The position numbers and the translations under genes were made by a program. Of a stretch of DNA of 64,000 bases, positions 11,954 through 24,791 are shown one piece after another; within the stretch, counting starts at the first letter, position 1, and the number at the start of each line of letters is the position of its first letter. Below the pieces are notes generated by a model. It made no database searches. It saw only the letters and a program-made list of their open reading frames with translations, and was not told the DNA's origin. The DNA is from Zancudomyces culisetae HAW-14-8 (Eukaryota > Fungi > Kickxellomycota). Location of the stretch: positions 4,402,001 to 4,466,000 of the forward strand of contig JBNJNM010000011.1 in NCBI GenBank assembly GCA_052426225.1. The letters run 5' to 3'.

Positions 11954-13583
11954 CTTGATTAACAGTTCTAGTGCTCTTTTCATTCCTTAGTGCTTTTATT
12001 TGTTGATACTTTCACAGAAATCTAAAGTTGTTGTTTACTTTAATTGGCATCTCTTTTCGTATTCGTTTTTTTTGCTGCTTTCAACAACACATTTGTTGCT
12101 ATATCTGTTATTAAAATTTGCAGTATTTTTTGTTTTTTTGTTTTTTTGGTGTATATGCTGAGGATATCTCAGAGTCATTGCTTCATTTCTGGTTCGACTT
12201 TTTAGTATTGGTTCGAGTTTTGCCAACTAACTTAGTACTAAAAAGTGGAATGGCAGCTGGTATTAACATTAGATAGATTAGATTATTGGCGTTTTAATTC
12301 GAAAACGACAGTACACTACAGATGGTTATCACAGGGTATCAAAATTCAACCAGAAGGGGGAGGGGGGGTGTGTTGCTGAAATGCGCATATTTTAAATTAT
12401 AAAACACATAACTAAAGACAAGTAAATCCATTTATGAAAGAATGTAGTCCAGTATACTGGACCTTAGCTATGAATACTTGATCGGGAATGCGGCTAACTG
12501 TATCACTGATTCCCTTCTCTCAACGTTTGTTCTTTTCATTTTACTTTGGGGGAAACGGTTTTTTTTTTTTGAACGCAAGGGTATAGCACTAAGAGGACGT
12601 ATAAATGTAAAAATTTAATATACCGAATAGAGCCAAAATGTGGCAGATAGTGTAGATGTTCAAGTAAGTACGCATACAGCTACATGCCTTTGTTAAACAC
12701 GCCTTCAAGAAACGTTTAAGGACCCAAATAACTAACTTTCTGATGTTTCGAAATTGAAATGAAAAGAGGGTTGAAGGCATAAAAATGACGTATAATACAC
12801 CAAAGGCGGTAAAAGAACTGGTTTTTTCATTCAAAACGAGCTTTGTGCTTGGATTTTGTATAGATTTTTACATTTTCTGCCTTGTATTAGGTGATAAAAA
12901 GAGTACTGCTCACTGTCCAAAGTAGTTAAATAGCAGGGTAAATAGTTCAGTGTAGTTCACCAAAAAGTACGCCAAACAAAGCCTAAAGATGATTCTGACT
13001 TAAAAGAATGCAATTCTTCTCAAGGTGTCCCACTTTTTGCGTTCATAGCTGCGGGCGTGGTTGCATGACGAAAATCTTTGCTGGCTCAATCCTTGGTTTG
13101 AGGATGCAAGCATGGTCGACTAGCATATTTAAGCAGTAGTTCCTACAAAAAGAAAAAAAAATTTTTTTAGTTGGAAGGGGGAAGATCTGGTGGTTTTAGA
13201 TTGTTTTTGGGAAAGTGCATATTGATTTTCTGATTAATGCGAAATAATGTCCACTTATAAAATAACTACACCCATTCCTCATTAACACATTAGCTGGAAT
13301 ATGCACCACTCAACCGAATTTGATTGAATGAAGGGCCTAACCTCGATTAAGCAAAAAAATAAAAATAAACATAAAAAATTGGGCTCTAAAAAAAGCTTAA
13401 AGTATTAGTTGCGAATTTGAAAACACCAATACTTCAATAAAATCAAAAAGCGTGGAGTGTATCTAGTGTAGTAGAATTTGTGTCATTAGAATTCCAACAT
13501 ATATACAATATCTGCTAATTAAAGCATTCTTGTTTTAGTTAACTTAAACTTATACGAAATAAACGTTTAGAGACACCCTAATA

Positions 13584-14372
13584 ATGGTAAGCTTCCCATT
13601 TCCCAATTCATTTTTAAACTTGGAGTCATCTTTCTCGATTTGCAATTCCAATAAACGCACAAAAAGATGAAGTAAATCAAACCACGAGAAACTGGAAGCC
13701 AGTGACTAGAATTTATCGACTAGTGACAGGTTTGGTTCAAAACGTAGAGCGATAAGTGTATTTCCAAGATTGTTTATTCGAAAAACAAAATCGGGGAAAA
13801 CGAAAATAAATAGTTTCTAGGAAAACCACGGACGAAGATTAAAATGTTCATTAATATGCTGTCCTCATTTCTGTACTAATCAGGAAAATTGTTAAACTAA
13901 ATAGTCAAGCCAAGACAAAAGCGGCGTGGTAACGCCAAAGAATTCGCCCCTACCAGAAGGTTCAGGTCCACGAAATATTAGGTATTGCTGATAACTACAT
14001 GGAGACCATTTTTTTAAAAAGCAAAATTTTTACCTTAAAATGGATACAATATCATTTTAATTTATCACTAAGGCGCCTTTACTTTTCAATATCATGAAAA
14101 TACAAAGCAAATATGTGGTGTACTAAATTGTGAGGCTCATGGTAAATAGGGCAAAGCGAGGTGGAGCACAAGCGGCAAGGGCAACTTCTTCTACAAGTCG
14201 GAAAAATACTAGCCGAGCAACTGGAAGTTCAAGAACAATGTTGAAATTGTATTCGGAAGATGATGTTACCGGTAGCTTAAAGGTTGACCCAGTGGTGGTC
14301 TTAGCAATGTGCTTGATATTTATTGGGTCGGTACTTTTGCTTCATTTGTATTCCAAGCTTACAAGGTCGTGA
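13584..14372 (+). CDS. SBH1: Sec61 translocon beta subunit (exons 13584-13586, 13905-13981, 14150-14372)
   Basis: TMLKLYSEDDVTGSLKVDPVVVLAMCLIFIGSVLLLHLYSK is the Sec61beta signature. Upstream exons were joined via GTAAGC/GTATTG donors and TAG acceptors; the first exon is less certain. Confidence 0.9.
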
Positions 14373-15486
14373 TGCAATGGAAGATTATTTAGTGCGGAAA
14401 AGCGAATATATTTATAAATAATATCATTGGTACCGTTGTTCACTCATTTCCTTTTAGTTTTACACGGCCTATAACCTGTCTACACCTTAGTTTTAATTTT
14501 GTGTTAGTGAAAGCAAGCTTCTGATAATTGAATAAAAAAAGACGAGGTTTGTCCTTTCACAGTGTATACATGCAAGAGATTTCAAATTGGTTCGCTTAAT
14601 AGACACAAGATAAAGTTCGTATGAATGTATAGTTGGGATTAGTATATCTTGAAATTTTATATAACAGTGGGCACAAAGATAGATAGAGAACATACCATGG
14701 GCAATCAAAAGCGTTACTCTTGTAAGCGTTTTTAAGCTTATAATGGAATGGTTATTTCGTTGGTCATGAGTACTACAAAAAAATTAATGGATCACAAAGA
14801 AGGAAATAAAACAAGCCCATGAAATCAACACTGGTGGACAAAGGTGACTGCGGTCAGAAAAAGATGGTGGGTAGATACGAAGTATATGGAACCCAACAAG
14901 TATTGGGGGCCTGGATATCTGCGATAATCACTATAAAGTTTTGTTTACAAAGTATCGACTAACTGACTCTAGTTGGCGTTGAGTTATAAACGATATTCTC
15001 AAGTTTAGTTCACTATAAGCATACTGGCTAAAGGCTACTTTGTAGCACTTTTATGAGGATGAGGCGGCAAAGAGTGGGTGCAGCTCGGGGCTACATTGAA
15101 ATGTACTATTCTGAAGTGGAATGCAAAGGGCTGATAGTCTTGTGGGGTGTGACTATAGATGGTGGAGATTTTCTTAGCTTTTCCACAGAGGTTTTGAGTG
15201 GCCAATAATGTGGTTTCAGGAAATATTAAAATTTATTTTAAGTAACTCTGTGATCAGTAACCTTGTGAACAAAAGCGTACAAAAAAATAGCAAATTAAAA
15301 TAGTGTACAAATTAACTTACCTAAGAGAAAAAATAAAGCTAGCTTTATAAAACTAAAAGGCTATAATTAAGAAAAGTTTCAATTCTAGGAATCAAAGATC
15401 CAAGATCTATAATAAGATAAATATCAATAACCAAAAATTTTATTAAAAAAGGGTAGAAATCATATATACACACTATACAGCTACAA

Positions 15487-16500
15487 ATGGTATCGAGTGC
15501 GGCGCTAAAACGGCTATCTAAGGAGTATAAGGCATTAAAAGAAAATCCAGTTCCGTACATTATAGCACGGCCATTGGAGAGTAATATACTGGAATGGTAA
15601 GGTCTTTTCTTTGATTAAATCCTTTATCGCTTGATGGGAATGAATTTGATATTTTTGAATCGATGATTTGTATTGTTAAAAGAAATGTGAATATATGTGT
15701 ATAAAGGCATTACGTTATCAAGGGACCACAGAATACTGATTATGAGGGTGGAGAGTATCATGGTAAGCTAAAATTTCCGAGTGAATATCCATTCAAGCCG
15801 CCAGCGATTCAAATGCTCACACCAAATGGTCAGTTACCCTTTTTTTTAATCTCTTTTCTGGTAGTTTTTATTAAATAACAAACAATAGCTATAGGGGTGC
15901 TTTTAGCTATTTTAATAACAAAATCACTACTACTATTATTAAATAGGCCGTTTCCAACCCTGCACTAATATATGCACTTCGATGAGCAACTTCCATCCAA
16001 ATACTTGGAACCCTGCGTGGTCGGTTTCAACAATTGTTACTGGTTTACTGTCGTTCATGGTAGAAGAGGAAATGACTACTGGAAGCGTGCGAATGACACC
16101 ACGAGACCGCAAATTGCTAGCAAAAAAATCACACAGTGAAAATATAAAAAATTCCGTGTTTAGAAAGGTGTTTCCCGAATTGGCGGGCAAGGAAATGAAT
16201 GAATCGATATTTGTTACAGATGTTGTTGTTAGTAAGGATAAGGAGGCTGGTATTAAAACCCCTAATAAAGAAATTAATGGTAAAAATCTAGCTACAGATA
16301 AGGTACAAAAAGTACAGTTGTTAAAGCATAAGGAAAAAGCAGAGATGGTATCTACAACTACAAAAGCCACAAACGAAAGTAACACTAATAAAATTGGGAA
16401 CGGAAGTGTTGCTAATGGAGATAAGAATAGAGTGGCATGGATGGTGGTGGCTTTTGGGATACTCATGTACTTTTTAATAAGACTATTTAGTAGAATATAG
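15487..16500 (+). CDS. UBC6: ER tail-anchored ubiquitin-conjugating enzyme Ubc6/UBE2J2 (exons 15487-15596, 15707-15828, 15947-16500)
   Basis: KRLSKEY...[18 protein letters not shown]...[17 protein letters not shown]...[22 protein letters not shown], plus a C-terminal TM helix. Confidence 0.95.
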
Positions 16501-17063
16501 TTCAATGCGCATGCTTTTATGGTTTAAATAGTCATTTTTATTATTTTTTTGTTGTATTGGTGTTTTTTAGTATTGTTTATAGGGAAGTGATGCGAACCAG
16601 AGGGGAGAGGGTAGGTCAAGATATTGGCAACGCGATATCTATGCATTTTTATTTATTTATACGTTTGACGCTCTATCTAGTTTTTTAATAGTGACCCTAC
16701 ATGTTTATAAAGTATACTTTACAATAGCGTAAAAGTGCAGATGGAAAAAGGAATTGAATTGAAACTGCTCATTGTGGTTTGCTTGGTCTTTGTTTGCTCC
16801 CTCCTCCTCTTTTCTCAATTTTAAATTAGCGAAAGTAACAAGAAAGTGTGCCAAAAATCGAATGACACAGATCACTGATTAATACTTTGTTGCTAAAAAT
16901 TACCAAAAATACTTGCTGCGGAAAGCGTTGAAAGTATAAAATAAGCAAGCATTTCCACTTAATAACTGTCTTTATCATTATTTTTTACCTGTTAAAAAAA
17001 TATAACAAACAAAACTACAAAGGAAGAGATAGATGCAGAATAGGGAATTAGAGTAGAAAGAAA

Positions 17064-19133
17064 ATGGAACTAAAGATTACACAGATGCTACAGGAACTTC
17101 ACGGAACCGGAGCTTTCAAATCCGATAGCTTAAAATCAAACATCAACATGAAAGAGACATTATTAGAGTGTTTGACCGAAGAAAATGAACGCGAAGAGAG
17201 AATAATGTGTCAAAAGCAAACAGAACTGCGGCAATTGGTAATTAGCCAGTATTTTGAGGATAAAGCAGACGTGTATAGCAACAACAGAGCTGATGGGGAT
17301 GATATGAGCGAGGATGGAGTATGTAAGCGAGAGGAGATGAAGTTACTTGGGGTAATTGATCCGAAGAGTGAGACCAAGCTATACTTGGAATTGTTAGAAT
17401 ACAAATACAGATTTCCAGCGTTAGCAGAGAATGTACAGAAACAAATGACTTCCTGTACAAAAAGGGAGCAACAACGTGTAGAGTTGGCGATCCAGGAATA
17501 TCAAGAGTTTTTCGGCAACATTCCGGACAGTAATATAGGTGTTTACCAAGATGACTCTACAAAAATGACAGACAAACAAGGATGTACAATCGAAATAATG
17601 GAAATGGAAATGGAAGGAATGAAAAGCGTGGGAAGAGATGAAATAGAAAGAATAATGACGAAAAACATACACAATATTGAAAGGGTAATCAGGAATTTGA
17701 TATATAATATCCAACCAATACTGTGCTACAACGAACAACAAGCAAATAACGCCAGCACTGAAGACGAAAAGAGGGTAAAAGATGTTCTTGAGAAAAAGTT
17801 TCAAATTGTGGAAAAAGTAGTAGGGATACTCAAAAAAAACAAGGTTGGGGGGATTAATAAAGTTTATAGCATTTATACGCAGATGATAGCAAGCGAGTTA
17901 TATGGAGTGAATATATCAATCAAAGTTGGGGATGGGGGCATGATGGATGAGAGAAGGAGATACAGGTGGTACTATAACAAGAGTTATGTAGAGTACATAG
18001 CCAGATGCGCAGACGAGTATATTATGGATTTAAACTTTACGAGCGACGGGCTTAAGCACGTTGAGAATGAAAATGTTGGTAGCGGTAGTGGTAAACAGAA
18101 AAAGAAGATCGGCATGGAAATAGTATGCCACTATTTGAATATTATGGAGATATATATTAGTTTGGGAGAATACAGAGACGGATTTGTGGTGAGTGAAAAG
18201 ATTAAATATATGCTGGTTGGGGTAGTATTTGGGCAGCAGGGTCAGTCAAACTATAGTAAGCAGTATAAACAGAGGGGGTATACTAAGAGAGGTGTTTTGG
18301 CCTCCAACATGAATATTGATGTTAATGGCGGAGAAAAATGGATTGGTGATGAAAAGCATGTAGGAGTTGGTTTAAATGAAGATGTACAGAAGTACCAGCA
18401 GTCTCAACTAGGCGAGGAAGAGGAAGAAAAGGGAGCGAATATGAGGATAGTAAAAAGGATTAGGGAGTTGGTGGAAGTCAAGAACAAAATACTGGAATCT
18501 CTTTGTGGGATTGGGACAAAAAGTGGAGTTGAAATATACGGAGTAAATCTACAAATGAACTGCAGTCTAAACTTATATAGGCAAGATGATAAACGAATAA
18601 TATTATTGGAAGAATATAAACGAATCAGCAAAAGGGCCGGTAATGATGCTACAAGGGAAAAGCTGTTACAGGTGTTGGTGTTTTGGGAATACAATGTCAG
18701 AAAGATAAAACAGCTGTCCAAGCTGTATAGCCGGGTTGGAATTGAAAGAGTTGAACGAGAGTTGATTGAATGGGTTGAGGATCGCACCAACAACGCCACC
18801 AATAATAACAGACATAGTGGCAATAGACACTACTATTACTGCGGCTATGACACTACAAAAAGAGAAAAAGTGGAGGGGGTAATAGAGGGAACTGAGAAAT
18901 ATTTGGAGATACTTAATCAATATGGATTTGGACACACAAAAAATGGAAACTATTCAATCCAAGTTTTAAAAAAAGGTAGTTCTAAAGTAGTAGAGTTTAA
19001 ATTCAAAGACGATAACAAAGCTGGTTATAGAACCCAGGATAGCAACTATGGGGTGATTGAAAAAGTAACAAGATACAGGGTGGCAAACACGTATGACAGA
19101 CTTAGAAATGAGGAGGTGTCTTTAGATGTATAG
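17064..19133 (+). CDS. 689-aa protein, probable highly divergent PCI-domain (Rpn5/Csn4-like) subunit
   Basis: Long intronless ORF. Segments [24 protein letters not shown] and [27 protein letters not shown] resemble Rpn5/Csn4 helical-repeat and PCI motifs. The ORF is confident, the family is tentative. Confidence 0.6.
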   Translation: MELKITQMLQELHGTGAFKSDSLKSNINMKETLLECLTEENEREERIMCQKQTELRQLVISQYFEDKADVYSNNRADGDDMSEDGVCKREEMKLLGVIDPKSETKLYLELLEYKYRFPALAENVQKQMTSCTKREQQRVELAIQEYQEFFGNIPDSNIGVYQDDSTKMTDKQGCTIEIMEMEMEGMKSVGRDEIERIMTKNIHNIERVIRNLIYNIQPILCYNEQQANNASTEDEKRVKDVLEKKFQIVEKVVGILKKNKVGGINKVYSIYTQMIASELYGVNISIKVGDGGMMDERRRYRWYYNKSYVEYIARCADEYIMDLNFTSDGLKHVENENVGSGSGKQKKKIGMEIVCHYLNIMEIYISLGEYRDGFVVSEKIKYMLVGVVFGQQGQSNYSKQYKQRGYTKRGVLASNMNIDVNGGEKWIGDEKHVGVGLNEDVQKYQQSQLGEEEEEKGANMRIVKRIRELVEVKNKILESLCGIGTKSGVEIYGVNLQMNCSLNLYRQDDKRIILLEEYKRISKRAGNDATREKLLQVLVFWEYNVRKIKQLSKLYSRVGIERVERELIEWVEDRTNNATNNNRHSGNRHYYYCGYDTTKREKVEGVIEGTEKYLEILNQYGFGHTKNGNYSIQVLKKGSSKVVEFKFKDDNKAGYRTQDSNYGVIEKVTRYRVANTYDRLRNEEVSLDV

Positions 19134-21141
19134 GCGGTCTCAGATCATCTTCATTTTCGTCCCCATCGACTGGGCTCTTTGCAAACAGTATTGAAGGATG
19201 CTTGGATGAAATTGGCGAGCCATAGGCAGAAGCGGGGCGAGACATCATTTTTTTACGTCCACTTTCTTTTTCATTAGTTTCGCTTTCACTTTCATCTTCA
19301 GTTAATAAAGGATTGGTAGTCTTGGAGTTAGGATATTTGCGGCGGAGGGCAAGGTGTCTTGCCTTCATGTATTCAATACCTAGCCGTTTCCAGTCAAGAA
19401 GCTCGCTGAGTCGTTCGGTGCGGTTACGTTGGTTGATACGCTGGCGGCGGGTCTTTTGAACAAATTCAAACATAATATCAGTTAGCTGGTTGACAGATTC
19501 ATCTACTGATTTTAGTCGGCGGTCGACAATGTAGATACCATAATCCTCAGGACACACGATGTTATCCTGCATGAAACAACCAAAGCCTGACAGATTGGAT
19601 GTGATAGATGGTACACCCATCACTGTGCATTCAGCTGGTGTGTAGCCCCATGGCTCGTAGTATGATGGAAACACGCCAAGATGTGTGCCACGTACAAAAT
19701 CATCGTAGTCCATTCCGAGTACTGGATTATTTGCATTGAGGAATTCAGGATGGAATACAACCTTTACCCTATCGTTGCTGCTGTTGAACAGATGCAAGCG
19801 GCGCAATTGGTTGAGTACCGGATCATTTGAATCGTCCAGCATGTTGTGTGTCACAATTGGTGGCTGGCTATCCCGGCGTAGCGACAATACTCGTCGCTTC
19901 AACATAATCTTGTCGCTGTCAGTCAACAGGTCTGTTATAATTTCGCCACGGTTAGCCCCTTCAAACAGTGTTGCCGAAATGTGGCTGCTAACGTCATCGA
20001 CGGTTTCGCGCAACTGTTTAATCAATGCCTGACCCTTGAGTGTCTCGACAGTATAGCTCTGACACTTGGCTGGCGCAATGATAAATGCAACTACCGTTAT
20101 TTTATTTCCACTGCTCTTTGCTAATCGCTCATTCAGACGTCCCAAAGCCTCTACATACATATCTATACCCTTGTTACGATACTCATATCGACCAGCTGTG
20201 AAGAAATATACCGTGTTTTCCAGGTCAAAGTTCTGCATGTGGCCGTAGAAATGTCCACGCACGAACTCGTTAATTTTGAGCTTGCTCTTCTGGTGCAGGT
20301 TTTGGAACTCGTGCATCGCGCTAAACTGCACTACATTCAAACCGTTTGGCACAATCCCATCTGCCCGTCGTTTAAGCAGATGCTGGGCCTCATATGCTGT
20401 AATATTCGACACTGTCGTAAATACATCCGCTGCGTGCGCTGCTGCTCGTTCCACGCAGTATCGATGATAGATACCGCGTCTTCCCGCCTCCTCGTCCACG
20501 TTAAAGGAGCCCATATTGTTGTAGAAATCAACATCACCTGCACACAAATAGCGACCCAACAAGGTTGCATGTGTCGTAAACAGTGTGGCAACATCCAGCT
20601 TGCGATCACGGATTAGCGCAATACCTACTCCAACTTGCCACTCATGAAAATGAGCAAGGATAGCTGTCTTTTTGTCCTTTTGCGAAACCAACTCCAGTAA
20701 CCAAGCTTCCAAGTAGCCTACCAGTATTGCATCATTCATTTCGCTATCGCTGTCGGGTGCTGGGATCCTGAACCGATCCCAAATATCCTTTTTCCATTCC
20801 CAGATCTTGCGATCATACACAGAACCCAAATCAAACAATATCACAAGCGGCCCTCCTTCAATCAACCATCGCCCATATAGCATCACTATACCCTCGCTCT
20901 GTAGTTCTAATATCGCTTGTTCAACGGGGTTTTTCGTCCCTGCCGAAATGCTTATTTCTTCTACTTCTATACCAGCTGTCTTGCGGTTCAACGGTCCCAC
21001 CATAAAAAAGCGGTTTCCAAACTCCTGCACAGTAATCTCGGCCTTTGTCCGGATTACCGTGTAGATACCACCGACCTTGTTGGCTACTTCGTAGGCAAAT
21101 TCGAATAGGTATGGATTTGAAGTGTCTCTATCTCCTGCCAT
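19102..21141 (-). CDS. GSY1: Glycogen synthase (GT3)
   Basis: [22 protein letters not shown] and [14 protein letters not shown] motifs; C-terminal regulatory [10 protein letters not shown]. Confidence 0.98.
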   Translation of the reverse strand: MAGDRDTSNPYLFEFAYEVANKVGGIYTVIRTKAEITVQEFGNRFFMVGPLNRKTAGIEVEEISISAGTKNPVEQAILELQSEGIVMLYGRWLIEGGPLVILFDLGSVYDRKIWEWKKDIWDRFRIPAPDSDSEMNDAILVGYLEAWLLELVSQKDKKTAILAHFHEWQVGVGIALIRDRKLDVATLFTTHATLLGRYLCAGDVDFYNNMGSFNVDEEAGRRGIYHRYCVERAAAHAADVFTTVSNITAYEAQHLLKRRADGIVPNGLNVVQFSAMHEFQNLHQKSKLKINEFVRGHFYGHMQNFDLENTVYFFTAGRYEYRNKGIDMYVEALGRLNERLAKSSGNKITVVAFIIAPAKCQSYTVETLKGQALIKQLRETVDDVSSHISATLFEGANRGEIITDLLTDSDKIMLKRRVLSLRRDSQPPIVTHNMLDDSNDPVLNQLRRLHLFNSSNDRVKVVFHPEFLNANNPVLGMDYDDFVRGTHLGVFPSYYEPWGYTPAECTVMGVPSITSNLSGFGCFMQDNIVCPEDYGIYIVDRRLKSVDESVNQLTDIMFEFVQKTRRQRINQRNRTERLSELLDWKRLGIEYMKARHLALRRKYPNSKTTNPLLTEDESESETNEKESGRKKMMSRPASAYGSPISSKHPSILFAKSPVDGDENEDDLRPPIHLKTPPHF

Positions 21142-23521
21142 TGTTCCTCTCTGGGGATAGTTTTTTTTTACTTTTTTTCTTACTTTTACGTTTTATTTGG
21201 TAAATATATTTAACAAGCTTCTTTTCTTTTACAGTTTATGTGTATTGATTATTTTGATTTACTTAAATCTGATAATCCCTGGATTTTACTCAATGGGCTA
21301 TCAAGTTTATTTATACCTTGCTTTGGAGGACACTATAAATGGTGTTACTCAGTTAAAGCTGTGTTAGCATTGATGGATTGGTTGCCGTTTGCGTGAAATG
21401 TGGCCAGTCTTTGATTTTCTCTTTCCTCCCCTGGTTACATTACAAAAATCAAACAATTTTGTGAAATTTCCATTATAATGTTTTATCCGCTAATTGCGGT
21501 ATATTTTTTTTCTGTTTTTGTTTTGCTGTGTTTTTTTTTAGTGTTGCCACAAAATGAATCAATAGTATTAAGGTTTAAAAGTGAAAATCGGAGCTGTAGT
21601 TTAACGTTTTCAAACCTTCACTTTTCATTGGAAATCTTGTTGCGTTATTTTGTATTTAAATATCGGCATTTTTCTCATCGTATATCCCCATTTATATCCG
21701 TTCACGCTGCTATTATTGCACATGATCAAATCAGCTGTGTTTTTATTTTTGCTCTTAAATTTCAGTAAACAGAAACTGATATAACACCCAAATAAACGAG
21801 AGCAGAAAAAATGCCATCCATCACAACGCTTAGTACATATGCTAGAAACCAAACCGTAAATCCAAAAGTAAAAAGTTCGCAAACTCAGAACGTCTGCACT
21901 AGGACTTTTCTTTCTCTATCTACAATGCCGATCCTTCTGCTCAAACAATTAAGTAATAGGTCAAACAAATCTACAAATCACCTCATTTAACCCAATTATA
22001 TTTTTCAACCAACCCTGATTTGGTTTGTTTTTTCCCCATTAATAATGCAACTTGTTTATTTACTCTTATAACCAGAATGGGATTTTTATTGATGCACTCA
22101 AAGCCTGCAAACCAGTGGTATGGGGCTAGAGAAATTCATCACCCAAGAGATTCCCAACTGTAGTTCGCATAAGTCAAAACCCACTCCCCCCCCTCTCCCA
22201 TAAAATAAAAACAAAAAATCATACCACAGCCCATTCAAACCGAAATTTTTCAGATTTTAAGGAAGAGGGGGAGTGTTATTTACGGCTCTATTGATAGGTC
22301 TAAACTCGAGTATTGCATATCCTTTTACTCAAGCTACTTGCTTAACAACGGTGCTATAATAATAGACTAATAATAGACTAATAATATACTAATATAATAT
22401 GACTTTGAACTGTTTGTCTCCTCTTCTCCTTAGGTTCTGAAGCTATCTATATATATGAAACAAAAATAAACCAAAGCTTGTAGGATAACCAGTTCCTTTA
22501 AGAAGGTAAAGACCTAGGAATTTATCATATGATTAGTAATAATTAACTTGAATTATAAAATAGAACTGATAAACGACTTTCTCAGTTCACAAGGGGTTGG
22601 ACTTGTATTCTAGTTTCAGTTTTAACCTAGATCCTCTAATAAGAACCGGTATAAATCTGTTAACTTGTAAAGTGTGCCATCACGCTCTTTGTTTTTCATC
22701 TTTTTCATCTTTTTCACTTAACTTTCCTTGCTTAATAAATCCACCCCATAAAAAAAAGTTCTTGATTCACCCCATAATTTTCGTAAGTTAATGAAGTATA
22801 AGCAGTCAAAAATTTTAGCTTTATAACTCCCTTTATGTGAGTTTGTCCTTTAAAGTTATATTGAACTAAACAAAGAGTATGGCCTTATATTTTGTTAGTG
22901 CTACTTTTGCTTATACGTAAAGCACTATTTTTCTACTTTTATCATCAGTGTGTATTGTACTTGACTCTCTTGCATCATGACATCCGTGTTTTTTTTAGTG
23001 CAACAATGGCGAGCACTAAAAGCGAGAAATGGCTGTAAACTTTAGTTGCAAGCCGTTACTGTGATATGGCGACTCTAAAATCATGGCTAGGCGCTGCAAA
23101 GGATGGTCGCCTTCCAAATTCTACTGCATTATTTAAACTGCAACTTAACCCTTCAAAAATACTTGGTATATACACAAGATGTTCCTCCTCCCTCTTGGCT
23201 TGAAATCCAGTCAGAACGTAAGGCGGACATATCCACTCTTTGTTTTAGGTTTGTAGCTATATCTAGATCACCACCACTCCGCGCACTCGCTAAAAAAAAA
23301 AATTTTTTTTGTAATGATTCGCTATAAACTTCAGCACAAAAAAATTTTTTTCGCTCCAAGCTCAAGTATACTTTCAGGTTGTATTAAAAGGCGATATTTC
23401 AATAAGCTTTCTTCATTCATTGTAAATATAAAACATATTCCAACAGGACGACTAACATCAACAAGGTCTTGTCTTTTTTTGCCTACTTGTTCTACCAACT
23501 AAACAGAAAAAAAACGTTAGA

Positions 23522-24544
23522 ATGTATGAGGGATTTTGGGGACTTAATCTACAACCCGGAAAGACATACTCACAAGCCGTTGAGGCTTCATTTCGTGTCA
23601 GTAACGCCTCGCTGGGCAAAAAGCTAGTTAATGATAAGCGCGCTAGTTTGTTGGTTACGGTTGAAGACAAAAGCTTTGTTCTGTGCTCTTTGACACCAAA
23701 GGTTATTGAGCAACAGGGATTGGACGTTACGTTTACCGAAGGCGAGGAGGTTACATTTGAAGTCATAGGAGATAACCAGATTGATTTGGTTGGAAATTAT
23801 TTGGCTGAATTCCCAGAGGAGGATGAGGGCGATGATGAGGATGAGGATGATGACTATTTTGGCCAGGGTCTTCTAATGGATGAAGACGATGAAGATGACG
23901 ATGAGTACGACATTGAAGACTTGGATAGCGAACAAGAAGACGGTATTGGACACGATGGAACTCTCAAGGGGAGAATCGTAGAGGTAGCTGAGCCAGCTGG
24001 ATCCGAGTCTACCGTTGGAAAGGCAAAGAAAGAAGCCAAAAAGGAAAGCAAATCCTCAGAGAAACAGGAGAAACAAGAGAAACAAGAGAAACAAGAGAAA
24101 CAAAAACCTAAAAAGCACAAGGCAGAAGAACCCGAGCAACAGCCAAAGCAGTCTAAGAAAGCCAAAACACAGCAACCACAAAACCAACAAGAAGCTCCAG
24201 CAAATGCCAGCAGATCTCTCCCCAACGGCCTCACCATCCAGGATAAAAAGGTTGGATCTGGCCCTGCTTGCAAGAAGGGAAACAAAGTTTCTGTCTATTA
24301 TGTTGGCAAACTTCAAAAAAACGGCAAACAATTTGATGCGTGCTCCAAAGGGAAGCCATTTTCGTTTGTGTTGGGAGCCAACCAGGTGATTCGCGGTTGG
24401 GAATCAGGAATCATGGGTATGCAAAAGGGCGGTGAACGCCGTCTTGTTATTCCTCCAGCCTTGGCTTACGGTAAGCGTGGTGCTCCCCCAGACATCCCAC
24501 CAAACAGCACACTTGTGTTTGATGTCCGATTGGTTGACTTCTAA
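23522..24544 (+). CDS. FPR3: Nucleolar FKBP prolyl isomerase / histone chaperone (Fpr3/Fpr4 type)
   Basis: N-terminal nucleoplasmin-like domain (FWGLNLQPG...LCSL), acidic tract, K-rich linker, C-terminal FKBP (VIRGWESG...IPPALAYG...IPPNSTLVFDVRL). Confidence 0.95.
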   Translation: MYEGFWGLNLQPGKTYSQAVEASFRVSNASLGKKLVNDKRASLLVTVEDKSFVLCSLTPKVIEQQGLDVTFTEGEEVTFEVIGDNQIDLVGNYLAEFPEEDEGDDEDEDDDYFGQGLLMDEDDEDDDEYDIEDLDSEQEDGIGHDGTLKGRIVEVAEPAGSESTVGKAKKEAKKESKSSEKQEKQEKQEKQEKQKPKKHKAEEPEQQPKQSKKAKTQQPQNQQEAPANASRSLPNGLTIQDKKVGSGPACKKGNKVSVYYVGKLQKNGKQFDACSKGKPFSFVLGANQVIRGWESGIMGMQKGGERRLVIPPALAYGKRGAPPDIPPNSTLVFDVRLVDF

Positions 24545-24791
24545 ACTTGCACTGGTCGACCGTCCAACTTAATGGGTACATTTTCTGAGCAATTATATTA
24601 CGGTACAGCACAGAGCAAGGCAAAGAAGTATAGTATAGTATATTTTTATCTTTTATTATCTTAAATATGAATAATGTATGTTTCTTGAACTAAATGAAAA
24701 ACCAAGAACGGTGTAATTAATGGTTGAAAAAAAGTAAATAATATGGTGTTTATTCTAATATGGTGAACAAGTTAATCAGTAAACCGACCAA

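Noticed and set aside
15314-15326. U1-like 5' end ACTTACCT
   Set aside because: It is followed by A/T-rich sequence with no U1 stem-loops or Sm site.
19736-21108. Multiple short plus-strand ORFs inside GSY (and similar ones within MDH, the Cys/Met enzyme, SEC1 and the arrestin gene)
   Set aside because: They are antisense shadows of conserved genes with no independent motifs.
22358-22400. Short TAATAGACTAA tandem repeat
   Set aside because: About three degenerate copies in AT-rich intergenic DNA; ordinary slippage.
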